A program made the translations under genes and the position numbers. Positions 21,301-30,020 of a stretch of 64,000 nucleotides of DNA are shown here, piece by piece (position 1 is the stretch's first letter; every line of letters begins with the position of its first letter). The notes beneath the pieces are model-generated. The model was not told the origin of the DNA. It ran no database searches and saw only the letters and a list, made by a program, of their open reading frames with translations. The stretch is from sequence record OP079919.1, one strand, 5' to 3'. Source of the stretch: Klebsiella phage KPN8.

Positions 21301-22647
21301 CGAAGTGAAACGACAATGGTCAGACGTACACGTGGTCAGCAAGAGAACTATGCTGGGGTTATCTCCGAGGCTGGTAAAGACTCCGGTAAAGTTGGGTTCG
21401 TGAGTTACTTAACGAGCAACCCTAAGATCGCCGATTTCCGTGGTAACGTCGACCTAAGCATGCCTGACACTCTGAGCGGCAGACTGTCGGTAACATCCAA
21501 CCTTTTAGCTCACTCGACCTCCGATGACCCCAAACGTGCTCTGTTCTCCGGGGTACAGCAAAGCCAGGGGGTATCTGCGACTAACTATCAAACCAACTGG
21601 TTACGTACCGGGGATGAATTGGTTATCGCACACCGGACATCCGAGCTTTATTCTAAACCAGCTAAACTCGACGGTAAAGTAATAAAGCTTACCAAAGAAG
21701 GCTTGGTGGTCGAATACAAGGATGGAACGACGGACAGTTATCCGTTAGGCTTAACCATCGGCAGTGCGTCTGGTGAATTCCACAGACACACAAGAGTCAC
21801 TGATTTAAAAGTCGGTGATAGTTTCAATGCCGGAGATATCATCGGTTGGGACGAAATGTACTTTGAAAGGGATTTGGCTAACCCTAATCAGGTGGCGTGG
21901 AAATGCGGGGTAATGGTGAGGATTGCCTTTGTTGAGAATCAGTTCACGTTTGAAGACTCCATTGAGGTTTCTAAAGACTTCGCTGAGCAGACGAAAACAC
22001 CTTATTTGAAGTTGAAAGAATTCTCTTTAGACTTCGAACAAACTCTCGTCCCTCACGTAGAAGTCGGGTCGGAAGTCGACATGGACGCGATTTTATGCTC
22101 GATAGAGGATCCCCACGTAAGTGGTCTGGACGATTCTGATGACACTTTCTCAGGATTAGAGCGTTTAGGGGTTAAACAAATTCGGTCTAACCATCATGGC
22201 CGTGTTGTTAAAATTGAGTGTGTTTATAACGGTTCAATTGAAGACATGTCAGATAGCCTGAAAGGGTTTGTGACTAAGTTAGATAAAGAACGTCAACAGC
22301 TCAATAAGGTCACTCACACCGGGATCGTTAACGGTAACGTTGGGGGAAACACGTATGTTAAGAAAGCCAGTGTTGAACCTAATCGGGTTACGGTTAAAAT
22401 CTTTATTGAGGATCTCAATAGCTCCGAAACCGCCGATAAATTTGTGGTCGGTAACCAGATGAAGGGTACCGTGGGGAATATCGTGAACTACACAATGCGT
22501 ACACTGGATGGCCGTATTGTCAAGATTCGATTCTCATTTAAATCGATGTTCAACCGTATGGTTCTGAGCTTACGAGATAAAATGGGTATCAATGAAGTTA
22601 ACGCCAACCGCACTTCGGCAGCAGTTAAAGCTTTCAGAGGAAAATAA
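18391..22647 (+). CDS. RNA polymerase large-subunit-like protein, tentatively beta-like (1418 aa)
   Basis: Translationally coupled to the beta-prime N fragment. ADKFVVGNQMKGTVGNIV resembles the beta GDKxxGRHGNKGV motif, and VGFVSYLTSN is a weak beta-prime bridge-helix-like match. Acidic low-complexity insert at about nt 19300-19600. Confidence 0.5.
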   Translation: MSVLYQQFFRNFVLRKKQEITNPKFHHLTDMVLPRESVMMYLPKTQEDIGPSTEEPLIGTYPDGVNIYFNSLYVTPIGRTRPVPFNEKQSIQLYRKSHFKYNWARTLSNYLSRRQELLVNNIAMGPHRHRYVFTRFVQFERAYNQLASGIEAVKQMSKETTRNQYWRIELPPAIPDYRQLLVAVDHYKKAFKDGVYTTTDNQAVLPFKGYGSYWIMDWYLFLIGEKNYSLFNRLDKEEMDKLHIIFSHNGLSWVVNLGIVSQWMEELNDKHGNPTSMRVNAAKRFLLGFRALIAGGTLSETIEEKPHAAENVGLGTGTPEEERRSQEVNKESEEEPLDLDESEEITDQSVTMLDLFMGGKKADTESDDDQGGEDPGGADENHGEEWAAAVDDELLYNAETEGLGETKKVIFSTPESGILRALEQRAKAGTLTVAEQRYYTNLAQSYKTIKMPNGESLESFVKIDQAKLRHLPAKIAPEMRGIIDPSQLQSRATNLKTKYSEEFLNRDIAGMILNIQNAGIVLTDLKRERIVNAESAYDVYTMNVHPVGGSPKTAMFRIPKIDKDGTFTVDGVKQHLQLQRMEIPIRKINSEQVALTSYYDRKIMMSRSTKVADDYGLWLNKQLILLGEAGKVSGVLGDVYNRSYAVPRTYSALAKRYRSLKAGGIEFNFDLSSLVGSEKEINKLISPNWVPVAKEGDDFIFMDDGGNLYKDKTHIGSFESRCGIDTTKAPVDIVTVNVNGYAFPIGVVLAYYFGFDELLKALNADYRTVPAGEKVRMGQDEYAITFNDETLIFNRRDSLTALIMGGFRKLANLSNFSRYDLNTKGVWVPAIGDKKVKPGHFDEMRLMFEMFIDPITKSELVKRGYPTELHYLMIEGVKMLNTDRTAHEIELTEQRFVGYERFAGRVYNEIVKSTRQFRNKGNDKRFTFDMNPEAVIMSIITDTSVNLVEEVNPIHEIKEQEVVTFGGTGGRSETTMVRRTRGQQENYAGVISEAGKDSGKVGFVSYLTSNPKIADFRGNVDLSMPDTLSGRLSVTSNLLAHSTSDDPKRALFSGVQQSQGVSATNYQTNWLRTGDELVIAHRTSELYSKPAKLDGKVIKLTKEGLVVEYKDGTTDSYPLGLTIGSASGEFHRHTRVTDLKVGDSFNAGDIIGWDEMYFERDLANPNQVAWKCGVMVRIAFVENQFTFEDSIEVSKDFAEQTKTPYLKLKEFSLDFEQTLVPHVEVGSEVDMDAILCSIEDPHVSGLDDSDDTFSGLERLGVKQIRSNHHGRVVKIECVYNGSIEDMSDSLKGFVTKLDKERQQLNKVTHTGIVNGNVGGNTYVKKASVEPNRVTVKIFIEDLNSSETADKFVVGNQMKGTVGNIVNYTMRTLDGRIVKIRFSFKSMFNRMVLSLRDKMGINEVNANRTSAAVKAFRGK

Positions 22648-22648
22648 A

Positions 22649-23509
22649 ATGTCTATCGCCCTAACCAAAGCGATTAAAGATATCCAGGTATCTTTAAAAG
22701 AGGTGGGGCTTTATCCTTCTAAGATCGATGGTGTATGGGGGGATGGAAGTTCGACCGGCTTCCTTACCCTCATCAACTATTATGCGTCTAAAGAAGGTAA
22801 AGCGTCTCAAGTTAAAATCGGTCCTAAAGTCGGCAACGAAGTGGCCTTTAAAACAGTTCAGCAACAACTCCAAAACATCGGGCTTTACACCGGCACGATC
22901 GACGGACTTTGGGGTAACGGAACCAAAACCGCTTTGGCAACTCTGAACAGCGCCTTCCGTTTAGGTTATCAACTGCCTAAATACAGCGCATGCTGGAGTA
23001 AGAAGGTTGAACCGGCATTCGTTGCCCGTTGTAAGAAATGGGTGGACGACGAAGCTCTGGTTCCTGAATGCCTTGATTACGTCATGGCGATTATGTGTTT
23101 CGAATCAGGCGGTACCTTCCGACCAGATATTCAGAATGGTGCTGGTGCCAACTATTGGGGTTTAATCCAATTCGGTACTGCGGCCGCAACCGATCTGGGT
23201 ACTACTCTTGACAAACTCAAGAAGATGACTCAGATGGAGCAACTGGAGTATGTGTTTAAATACTTCAAGATGCGGATGAGATCGTATAAACTGAAAAGTC
23301 TGGAAGATTTCTATATGTCCGTATTTTACCCGGCCGCAATAGGTAAATCTCCTGACACCATGATCTTCGCCAATGGTTCTGTTGGCTATCGTCAGAACAT
23401 CGGTCTGGACGTTGACAAAGACGGTAAGATTACCGTTGGAGAAATCAGCGTTAAAATCTATCAAACTTACTACGACGGGATGCTACCCGTTAATCGGAGA
23501 ATTGTCTAA
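22649..23509 (+). CDS. endolysin: two peptidoglycan-binding repeats plus a lytic transglycosylase domain (phiKZ gp144-like)
   Basis: Repeats LKEVGLYPSKIDGVWGDGSSTGF and LQNIGLYTGTIDGLWGNGTKTAL resemble PG_binding_1. The catalytic region MCFESGG...YWGLIQFG matches the gp144 ESAF...GWFQF motif. The ATG at 22649 follows the upstream stop immediately. Confidence 0.75.
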   Translation: MSIALTKAIKDIQVSLKEVGLYPSKIDGVWGDGSSTGFLTLINYYASKEGKASQVKIGPKVGNEVAFKTVQQQLQNIGLYTGTIDGLWGNGTKTALATLNSAFRLGYQLPKYSACWSKKVEPAFVARCKKWVDDEALVPECLDYVMAIMCFESGGTFRPDIQNGAGANYWGLIQFGTAAATDLGTTLDKLKKMTQMEQLEYVFKYFKMRMRSYKLKSLEDFYMSVFYPAAIGKSPDTMIFANGSVGYRQNIGLDVDKDGKITVGEISVKIYQTYYDGMLPVNRRIV

Positions 23510-23670
23510 TGGACGATACCATTAAAGAAGCGGTCGCTATCGCCAATTTGTTTGAATTGGTTAAAGCAACAACCGGGAAAGTCGGACTTGAATATATGGC
23601 CCCCATTGATGATTCTCGTGCCGACGAAATTATCAGCGGTGCTATCAACGCGGCAGTAAAAGGACAATAA
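23509..23670 (+). CDS. small hypothetical protein (53 aa)
   Basis: ATG overlaps the endolysin stop (TAATG); absent from the ORF track because it is under 60 aa; fills the gap before the next gene. Confidence 0.4.
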   Translation: MDDTIKEAVAIANLFELVKATTGKVGLEYMAPIDDSRADEIISGAINAAVKGQ

Positions 23671-23672
23671 CA

Positions 23673-25172
23673 ATGATCAAGCAATCTTCCGTTTTCATTG
23701 CGTTGCCTATCGCAGAAAGTTTGGTTGGTGTTAACAAAACCTTTGCTGATAAAAGTCATCCGCTCATCAAAGGCCTGAGCGATTGCAGCTATGGTCTGGT
23801 TCCTTATACCCTCGATAACCTTCCTTTGACTTTACCGGAAGTTACTCACGAGGAAATGGAACACGGCTTGCTGCTGGATGAAGCCAGTACAACGCTCGCC
23901 GAATCTGTCCGTAAAAGTTTCCAGCAGATCAGCCATTACCTCAAGCCTTTCGCGAAAAATCTCATCGAAGAAATCTACAAGGCCACGGATATCGATGAAG
24001 ACGCCACACGTCAGATTTTTGACCGTCTTCAGATTGAATACCGTAAGCTCGATTACGGTTTCTTCGACAGCCCGTTTTACCCGAAAGAGATCGACTCCAC
24101 TATCGACTACAGCAAGATCCCTCTGAAAGATCTGATGTTGCCGGATAACACAGTCGATAAAGACTTCACTGGGTTCGCTGAGTATATCCAGGCGCCTAAC
24201 GCAGAGATCAAAGAGATCTTCGAAGCATATCAGCCAGGCTGGGCGTTCGATAAATTTATTGGGAACAACAACTGGGCCGACGTCTTCAATATTTTCAACG
24301 GCTATGTTGATCTGACGACGGCTGGTTACAAAGACCCAGCTCCTCTGTTCAGCCTGTACGTGCTGTTTACGAAAATGAAAGCGGATGAAAATCCGGCTCC
24401 ATTCGTAAAAAATATCGAACTCCATCAGTATCGTGGTTACGTCAACCGGATGCACAATTTCCTGACTGTAGCACTTGTTTTTTGTTCTCGTTACTATCAG
24501 GGTTTGAAACTCACTCCAATGCCTGTTCTGTCTTTGGTGGGCAAAATGGAAATGGATCGTGGGATTAACCTTCTGCGCGGTAAAATTGTTGTAGGTCTTA
24601 CCAAAAAAGGTCTCGATATTTACGCAGCAGCGGCACCTGAAGGTTCTGTAAGTGAAGCACTGGTCGGTAAAGCCGTGGCTACGATCGCAACCAAGTCCGA
24701 TAAAGCCGGCTTGAACATCGTTGCAGGCGCAGAGTACTTCCAGGAAGTATTCCGCAATTACCTGGCTGGCGTAACGGGATCTCTGAACGCTAAGATCACT
24801 GAATCCTGTCGGGATGCAGTTGAGAATGCACTGATCAAGTTCCAGAACGAACACGCGGAACTCAAAGATACCGTGATGGGTCTCAATGACAAAATTGAAT
24901 TCCGTCGTCTGAGCCACGCTCTGCAGTCTGATGTGGATTCGTTCGTTGGTGGTTATAAATCGCAAGTTGTCGCTAACGGCGTCCCGCTGGATAAATACGT
25001 CATGGGATCTGATCTCGTTGCCTCTCTGGGTAGCCTGATGGGTATGACGTTCGCGGCGGATGTACTGCGCACCAGTTCTCGCTTGATCGGTTCAGGTGAG
25101 ATCACCGATGTTCAGAAACGCGAAGCGCTGACCGAAGCGGTTGTAAAATCTTTAGTTAAACATCTTGTCTAA
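23673..25172 (+). CDS. hypothetical protein (499 aa), strongly codon-biased, likely abundant virion protein
   Basis: CTG/CGT/GGT/CCG-rich codon usage like the capsid gene, generating a 377-aa antisense ORF artefact. Confidence 0.8.
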   Translation: MIKQSSVFIALPIAESLVGVNKTFADKSHPLIKGLSDCSYGLVPYTLDNLPLTLPEVTHEEMEHGLLLDEASTTLAESVRKSFQQISHYLKPFAKNLIEEIYKATDIDEDATRQIFDRLQIEYRKLDYGFFDSPFYPKEIDSTIDYSKIPLKDLMLPDNTVDKDFTGFAEYIQAPNAEIKEIFEAYQPGWAFDKFIGNNNWADVFNIFNGYVDLTTAGYKDPAPLFSLYVLFTKMKADENPAPFVKNIELHQYRGYVNRMHNFLTVALVFCSRYYQGLKLTPMPVLSLVGKMEMDRGINLLRGKIVVGLTKKGLDIYAAAAPEGSVSEALVGKAVATIATKSDKAGLNIVAGAEYFQEVFRNYLAGVTGSLNAKITESCRDAVENALIKFQNEHAELKDTVMGLNDKIEFRRLSHALQSDVDSFVGGYKSQVVANGVPLDKYVMGSDLVASLGSLMGMTFAADVLRTSSRLIGSGEITDVQKREALTEAVVKSLVKHLV

Positions 25173-25187
25173 TCGGGAATTTAATCC

Positions 25188-25913
25188 ATGAACTATTCGG
25201 CTCTAACGAGAAATAAGGATCGGGTCTTTAAAGCATTAAAAGAGTTAGAGGACCATTCGGTTATCGCTCTGGAGCCGTTAGAGGTTCATATCCCCAAACG
25301 CTTTATCGAGCGATCACTAGCCGATATCGGTGATAAGGTTGAAACGATCGGTGTTCTGGGGATCGTCATTCCCGATGTCGCTTATTGCTGCATGTATCGC
25401 GTTGCTACCGTAACACTGTCGCCAAGTAACATCAGGGAAATCACAATAGACGGCGTAAGATATGTCGTATTGGATTTCGAGAAGGGCGATACAGTCTTTA
25501 ACAACATCGAGGTCGTTAAAGACGAACATCTCAACTATTCTTACTACATGGAGTTCGGGTATTTCGCAAGGATTCCTTGGTACGTTGACGTAACGATGGC
25601 ACCTAAGCTTTTCGATTACGCTGGACTGATCACCGGTAAGAAAGTGGGGACGAGTCCTCAGGTATTCAGGGTGCTTTACGGATTATCATATCGAGATCCC
25701 GATAACTACGAGATCGCTTATCGTTACGGTCCAGGAATTAAGGCCGGGAAGAAACCTCACCTGGTGGGGCTCAACAACGGCAGCATGTTGATAGATGGAA
25801 CATTCAACCGCCTCATGGGCGGATATCTGGCCGACAACACCATTGCGGCTATTCTTAATCCTGATACCAAAGTCACTGATTCAGAAAAAGTGATGAAGGG
25901 ATCGCCAGAATAA
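25188..25913 (+). CDS. hypothetical protein (241 aa)
   Basis: ORF 15 nt after the previous stop. Confidence 0.8.
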   Translation: MNYSALTRNKDRVFKALKELEDHSVIALEPLEVHIPKRFIERSLADIGDKVETIGVLGIVIPDVAYCCMYRVATVTLSPSNIREITIDGVRYVVLDFEKGDTVFNNIEVVKDEHLNYSYYMEFGYFARIPWYVDVTMAPKLFDYAGLITGKKVGTSPQVFRVLYGLSYRDPDNYEIAYRYGPGIKAGKKPHLVGLNNGSMLIDGTFNRLMGGYLADNTIAAILNPDTKVTDSEKVMKGSPE

Positions 25914-25927
25914 AATAAGGGTAAACC

Positions 25928-26791
25928 GTGAGTCAGTTTTCTTTCGGCAACATTATTCTTGCCAGCAACGGTAAGAAAGGACTACTAAAGCCGATTGATG
26001 ATTCTGGTTACTATCTGCTTAACGCGGGGGGATTTAACGTCCCTAACCGTAACGGGATTAAATATACTGCCAACCAGTATATTCAAGAGTGTATGTCCGA
26101 GGACTCCGATCTCATGCGTCGTATTAAACGCGGTGAGGTTTATGGGGAATGCGGACATCCTCCTATGTTCTTTTACGAACGCGTCAACGGTGTGATAGTA
26201 AGAACCAAGATCACCGATCTTTATCAATGGATCATGCGTCTTAAAACTATCGACATGGACAGGGCGGCTTTCCACATTCGCAATATCCATTTTGATACTG
26301 ACGCATGGACCCCTAACAACAACGGCCCGATCTATAACAGTATCGAAGTTAAACCTTACCTTTCAACCGTGTTTGGTAAGATGTTTGAAGAGAACCTGTT
26401 AACACCTGATATGAACACCTCTGTTTCTATCAGGACGGTCACCGCTCCTCAGCAATTCGGTCATAAGTCTCGTGAGGTTGAATACTTCACTGGTTACGAT
26501 TGGGTTTATGAGGCGGGCATGGATTGGGCTAACAAACACATGACTGCGGGATGCGAAGCCTTCCTGCAAGAAATGGTGTTTGATGAAAAACAATCCATGA
26601 CGCTGGATACCGATACAGCTATTCAGCTGATCGAAGCAGGGCTGGAGAAGGTAGACAATATTCGTAGCGTTGAGGGCGTCGAAGCCTTTGAATCTATCAA
26701 AGGACTGCTCGGGTCTCTTAAACGTCACAACGAAGATCGTAAACAGAAACACACCATTTCCTACGCTTCTAACTGTCTGGATTTATTCTGA
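25928..26791 (+). CDS. hypothetical protein (287 aa)
   Basis: GTG start in the ORF track; followed by the terminator at 26796-26829. Confidence 0.75.
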   Translation: MSQFSFGNIILASNGKKGLLKPIDDSGYYLLNAGGFNVPNRNGIKYTANQYIQECMSEDSDLMRRIKRGEVYGECGHPPMFFYERVNGVIVRTKITDLYQWIMRLKTIDMDRAAFHIRNIHFDTDAWTPNNNGPIYNSIEVKPYLSTVFGKMFEENLLTPDMNTSVSIRTVTAPQQFGHKSREVEYFTGYDWVYEAGMDWANKHMTAGCEAFLQEMVFDEKQSMTLDTDTAIQLIEAGLEKVDNIRSVEGVEAFESIKGLLGSLKRHNEDRKQKHTISYASNCLDLF

Positions 26792-26795
26792 TAAT

Positions 26796-26829
26796 AACTG
26801 GAGGGGGAAACCCCTCCAGTTATTTTTTA
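26796..26829 (+). terminator. rho-independent terminator
   Basis: AACTGGAGGGG-GAAA-CCCCTCCAGTT followed by ATTTTTTAC. Confidence 0.75.
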
Positions 26830-26877
26830 CTCACATCCTATTTTTATGTCGACATAACACAATAAGCGAGTTTAACC

Positions 26878-27528
26878 ATGTTTAAGAAAGATCTCTCACT
26901 CACTCAACTTAACGATCTGGCAGCAATCAATTTTCTGGTAACCGCTCCTCTGGAAGTTAAATTGATCAGCAACCTTTACGGTGAGATGGAACGTATTTGG
27001 GGTCAGATGCGCGATCAATATGGCGAACATCTCATCGAACGCAATCTCGGGGGCGGGGTTAAATCTGACGGCGTAAGAGATTATGCCGAGAAACTCACCG
27101 TTCTCGTTTTTAACTCCATCGGATCATTCCAGCGTGGTCTGTCAAAGAAAACCATCGGTGATAAAAATGATGAAGCGACGACGCTCATTCGTCGTGTACC
27201 CGCATACACCGATCTGTCGAACGAAAAACTTTTCAAGATCTTCATGATCAATCTGTTCGGTTACGACGAAGATCTTATCGCAATCTCTTTTGCGACTAAC
27301 GATAAAGATCGTAGCAAACTGCTCTTCCGCTACATCCTCAATCGCTTTGACATCGTTCGTAACAATCCTGAGTCCGAAGAACTTATGGAAGGTTTCTATC
27401 CTGATAACTTCTTCGAGATCGTTGCCGAAAGACCAAGCGACGTTTATCAGGAATGTTTCGCGTACATCGTGGAACAGGGTTATCCGGTCATGAAAGCGCT
27501 GCAGTACTACGCGTCCTCTTTACGCTAA
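26878..27528 (+). CDS. hypothetical protein (216 aa)
   Basis: ORF followed by a hairpin and T-run. Confidence 0.8.
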   Translation: MFKKDLSLTQLNDLAAINFLVTAPLEVKLISNLYGEMERIWGQMRDQYGEHLIERNLGGGVKSDGVRDYAEKLTVLVFNSIGSFQRGLSKKTIGDKNDEATTLIRRVPAYTDLSNEKLFKIFMINLFGYDEDLIAISFATNDKDRSKLLFRYILNRFDIVRNNPESEELMEGFYPDNFFEIVAERPSDVYQECFAYIVEQGYPVMKALQYYASSLR

Positions 27529-27581
27529 AAGTTTTAAGACCTATATAACTAAGGTGAGGCAAACACAGACAAAACAGTCTG

Positions 27582-27612
27582 GGTGATGTTGTAACATCAT
27601 CTTTTCGTTTCC
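27582..27612 (+). terminator. rho-independent terminator (weaker)
   Basis: GGTGATGTT-GT-AACATCATC followed by TTTTCGTTTCC. Confidence 0.5.
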
Positions 27613-27658
27613 TCATCTTTCTTATTTTAACATCCAATTTATTATCGAGGACCGAAGA

Positions 27659-28102
27659 GTGAGCAAACTTAACAAAACTTATGCTGAATCCCAAACTGCC
27701 GCTATTGCCAATCTGACCGAACACGCGAGCTACGACAAAGCAACGGCGCACACTACCTTTTCAGCAGAAAAGTTTTCTTTGCCTGAAGGGGTAACCCCTG
27801 AAAGTATTAAGACGCACAAAGATCTCTTCATTGACATCACCGGTGCGATCGAAGAAGCTACCGCGCAACAAACGCTGGCAGCTCATAAGGCCGATGAAAA
27901 AATTCTCACCACCACGGGTTCTCTGGAACTGGGCGGGGTCGTCTTTACCTCTCAACACCACCTGAAACAAAAAGTAGGGGAGCACGAACTGTTCGGCGGG
28001 AGTGTAACCAGCGTCGATTACATCTATTCTCCCGAAGCGACCGAATGGGCGGCAAGCATGCGCGCCAATAACGCGAGTATCGCCGAAGATCTTTTTAAAT
28101 AA
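27659..28102 (+). CDS. hypothetical protein (147 aa)
   Basis: GTG start with GAGGA 6 nt upstream; has its own upstream intergenic region and a strong terminator. Confidence 0.7.
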   Translation: MSKLNKTYAESQTAAIANLTEHASYDKATAHTTFSAEKFSLPEGVTPESIKTHKDLFIDITGAIEEATAQQTLAAHKADEKILTTTGSLELGGVVFTSQHHLKQKVGEHELFGGSVTSVDYIYSPEATEWAASMRANNASIAEDLFK

Positions 28103-28109
28103 GGCATTC

Positions 28110-28160
28110 TTACTCCTGCCCTTAGGGCAGGAGTAAATAAGGCATTTTTATTTTTTAGGG
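28110..28160 (+). terminator. rho-independent terminator
   Basis: TTACTCCTGCCC-TTA-GGGCAGGAGTAA followed by ATAAGGCATTTTTATTTTTT. Confidence 0.75.
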
Positions 28161-28172
28161 GAAGAAAGTAGA

Positions 28173-28451
28173 ATGGCTTCTAAGTCAACCACAAGAATCT
28201 ACGAACTTGCAGATGGTGGGATTCGGATTGGGTTTGTGAGAAATGAAGAATCGATCAAGGTTAAGGTAGAACAGTTTGACCGAGAGCGCAAACTCATGAA
28301 TCTGTATGGTGCAACCATCCATATTTTAGAAAAAGCAGGTGCCATCACAGAATTAAGAAAAGTATTAGGTAAACAATTTCCTCGTTGGGGGTTCAATATG
28401 AATCCTGAAGCAAAGGAAGACATCGTGCTTACTTTTATCAAATTGTTCTAG
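28173..28451 (+). CDS. hypothetical protein (92 aa)
   Basis: GGGGAAGAAAG leader; short ORF between two hairpins. Confidence 0.65.
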   Translation: MASKSTTRIYELADGGIRIGFVRNEESIKVKVEQFDRERKLMNLYGATIHILEKAGAITELRKVLGKQFPRWGFNMNPEAKEDIVLTFIKLF

Positions 28452-28570
28452 TATTTTATGGTAGGGGTGCTTTAGGCACTCCTACTGGACTCATCGTGCA
28501 TTTTAATTCAACACACAAAAAGAATGAGACCTGTACTATTTAAGTAAGAACAATGATAGGAGTTGCTTTC

Positions 28571-29254
28571 ATGGATTCAATAAGCTGGTACGGAAAATTT
28601 AAAGCAGTAACCGAGGATTTGATTCCGGTTGATCTTTTACGGTACTGCTTATGGTCGATCACCTTTAATGACAAAGCGCATGATTTGAATCACGTTTATC
28701 ATGTTTGTAAACAAGGGAACGATCTTGCATTATTACAAGATTACGACGACCACTGGCGAAGCCTAGTATTAGCCGGTTGCCTGCTTCATGACATTGGGTG
28801 TCGTTACGATCGTAAAACCCATCATCTCATAGCCTATGGGTTGGTCTTCGATTTAACCCATCGTTATTGCACCGGACACTATTCGCCGGAAGAGACATTG
28901 ATCATTGCGAAAAGTTGTCTGGAGCACAGAGCAAGCTGGGAGGGTGATTTCAGTCATCCTATTTCAGAAACGGTTGCTCTGGCCGACAGAGGTATTCCTG
29001 ATTTCGAGTTATACTGCAAACGAGCCGTTCAGTTCAGGTTAGATCAAAACCTGACTGAAGATGTTTTGGTAGAAGAAGTTCGCGTTCACATGTTAGACAA
29101 GTTCCTACCTAAGACGGGTTACGTTTGGAAAAACTATCCTGAATTAGGATTGTCTTTATATGAACAAGAATGGAAAGTGTTCCACGATAAACTTAAAGAC
29201 GAAGTTGTCTTTAGAGAGGCTGTACTAGAAGCGTACCGTAAATTAAAATCTTAA
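28571..29254 (+). CDS. HD-domain phosphohydrolase-like protein
   Basis: AHDLNHVYH, LLHDIGC, HHLIAYG and LADRG match the H...HD...H...D pattern of HD domains. The ATG at 28571 has TAGGAG 8 nt upstream and is preferred over the track start at 28553. Confidence 0.6.
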   Translation: MDSISWYGKFKAVTEDLIPVDLLRYCLWSITFNDKAHDLNHVYHVCKQGNDLALLQDYDDHWRSLVLAGCLLHDIGCRYDRKTHHLIAYGLVFDLTHRYCTGHYSPEETLIIAKSCLEHRASWEGDFSHPISETVALADRGIPDFELYCKRAVQFRLDQNLTEDVLVEEVRVHMLDKFLPKTGYVWKNYPELGLSLYEQEWKVFHDKLKDEVVFREAVLEAYRKLKS

Positions 29255-29260
29255 TCTATA

Positions 29261-29291
29261 TTGTTAACGTCCTCATAAGGGGCGTTAACAA
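29261..29291 (+). terminator. hairpin terminator (one bulged T)
   Basis: TTGTTAACG(T)CC-TCATAAG-GGCGTTAACAA. Confidence 0.45.
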
Positions 29292-29311
29292 TAACCTACG
29301 AGGAAATCATC

Positions 29312-29806
29312 ATGATTATTTTACTTGCTGTTTTTGCTATTATCCTTTGTATTGGTTTTTGTTATAAAAAGATCAATATCAAAAACGACATCGGAATCAA
29401 GGTTAACAACGCCACAAAGATGGTTATCGATATTAACCTTGGTAAAATTAAAGGCGAATTCAAGATCGTTAAACACAGTCGCTGTTTCAAACCAAGAGTC
29501 TCTCCTGGTCTAAATGGATTGGTTTATACCGTCCCTGTGTTTTGTACGTTATCTGAATTCATCACCGGCTTATATTCTGAAGAAATAAGACCTTACGACA
29601 AACAAAAAGATAAACACCTCTTAGACGTCGTCAGAGCCATCGTAGGGGCCGAATTAAAGGACGATGGTATGATTGCCTTATTCGACGACACGACCCTTTG
29701 TGAGACCGTAGAGAGAGCCAGAGAGTCATTTGTGATGAATAAGGATTATTTCTTCTCTGAGAAGGGGTGGAACCGAGGCAATGTTATTGCACCTATCAAC
29801 CTTTAA
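29312..29806 (+). CDS. membrane-anchored protein (single N-terminal TM helix, 164 aa)
   Basis: N-terminus MIILLAVFAIILCIGFCY is hydrophobic and followed by KK. Confidence 0.7.
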   Translation: MIILLAVFAIILCIGFCYKKINIKNDIGIKVNNATKMVIDINLGKIKGEFKIVKHSRCFKPRVSPGLNGLVYTVPVFCTLSEFITGLYSEEIRPYDKQKDKHLLDVVRAIVGAELKDDGMIALFDDTTLCETVERARESFVMNKDYFFSEKGWNRGNVIAPINL

Positions 29807-29820
29807 TTAAGGATTTTAAA

Positions 29821-29961
29821 ATGTCTGACATGTTTGACGTGGATCAACTCAACAACCTGAACCTGGAAGCGGTTGAAGAGAAAGTCGAATCTCTTCGTGA
29901 TGGTGGCGGTGAAGTTGTCGAGGCTTCCGATGAATGTGAAGGCGGCGCCTGCAAAATTTAA
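29821..29961 (+). CDS. small acidic protein (46 aa)
   Basis: Internal ATG of the track ORF 29767..29961 lies just after the previous stop; followed by a perfect bidirectional terminator. Confidence 0.5.
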   Translation: MSDMFDVDQLNNLNLEAVEEKVESLRDGGGEVVEASDECEGGACKI

Positions 29962-29972
29962 AACGCGTAATA

Positions 29973-30020
29973 ACTCCTACTCCCCGCATGGGGAGTAGGA
30001 GTTAACAGTACTTTTTTTTC
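29973..30020. terminator. bidirectional terminator
   Basis: AACTCCTACTCCCC-GCAT-GGGGAGTAGGAGTT, a 14-bp perfect stem, followed by T9. Confidence 0.8.

Noticed and set aside
23832-24965. 377-aa minus-strand ORF inside the 23673..25172 gene
   Set aside because: Same antisense artefact pattern; the plus-strand ORF is longer and native-like.
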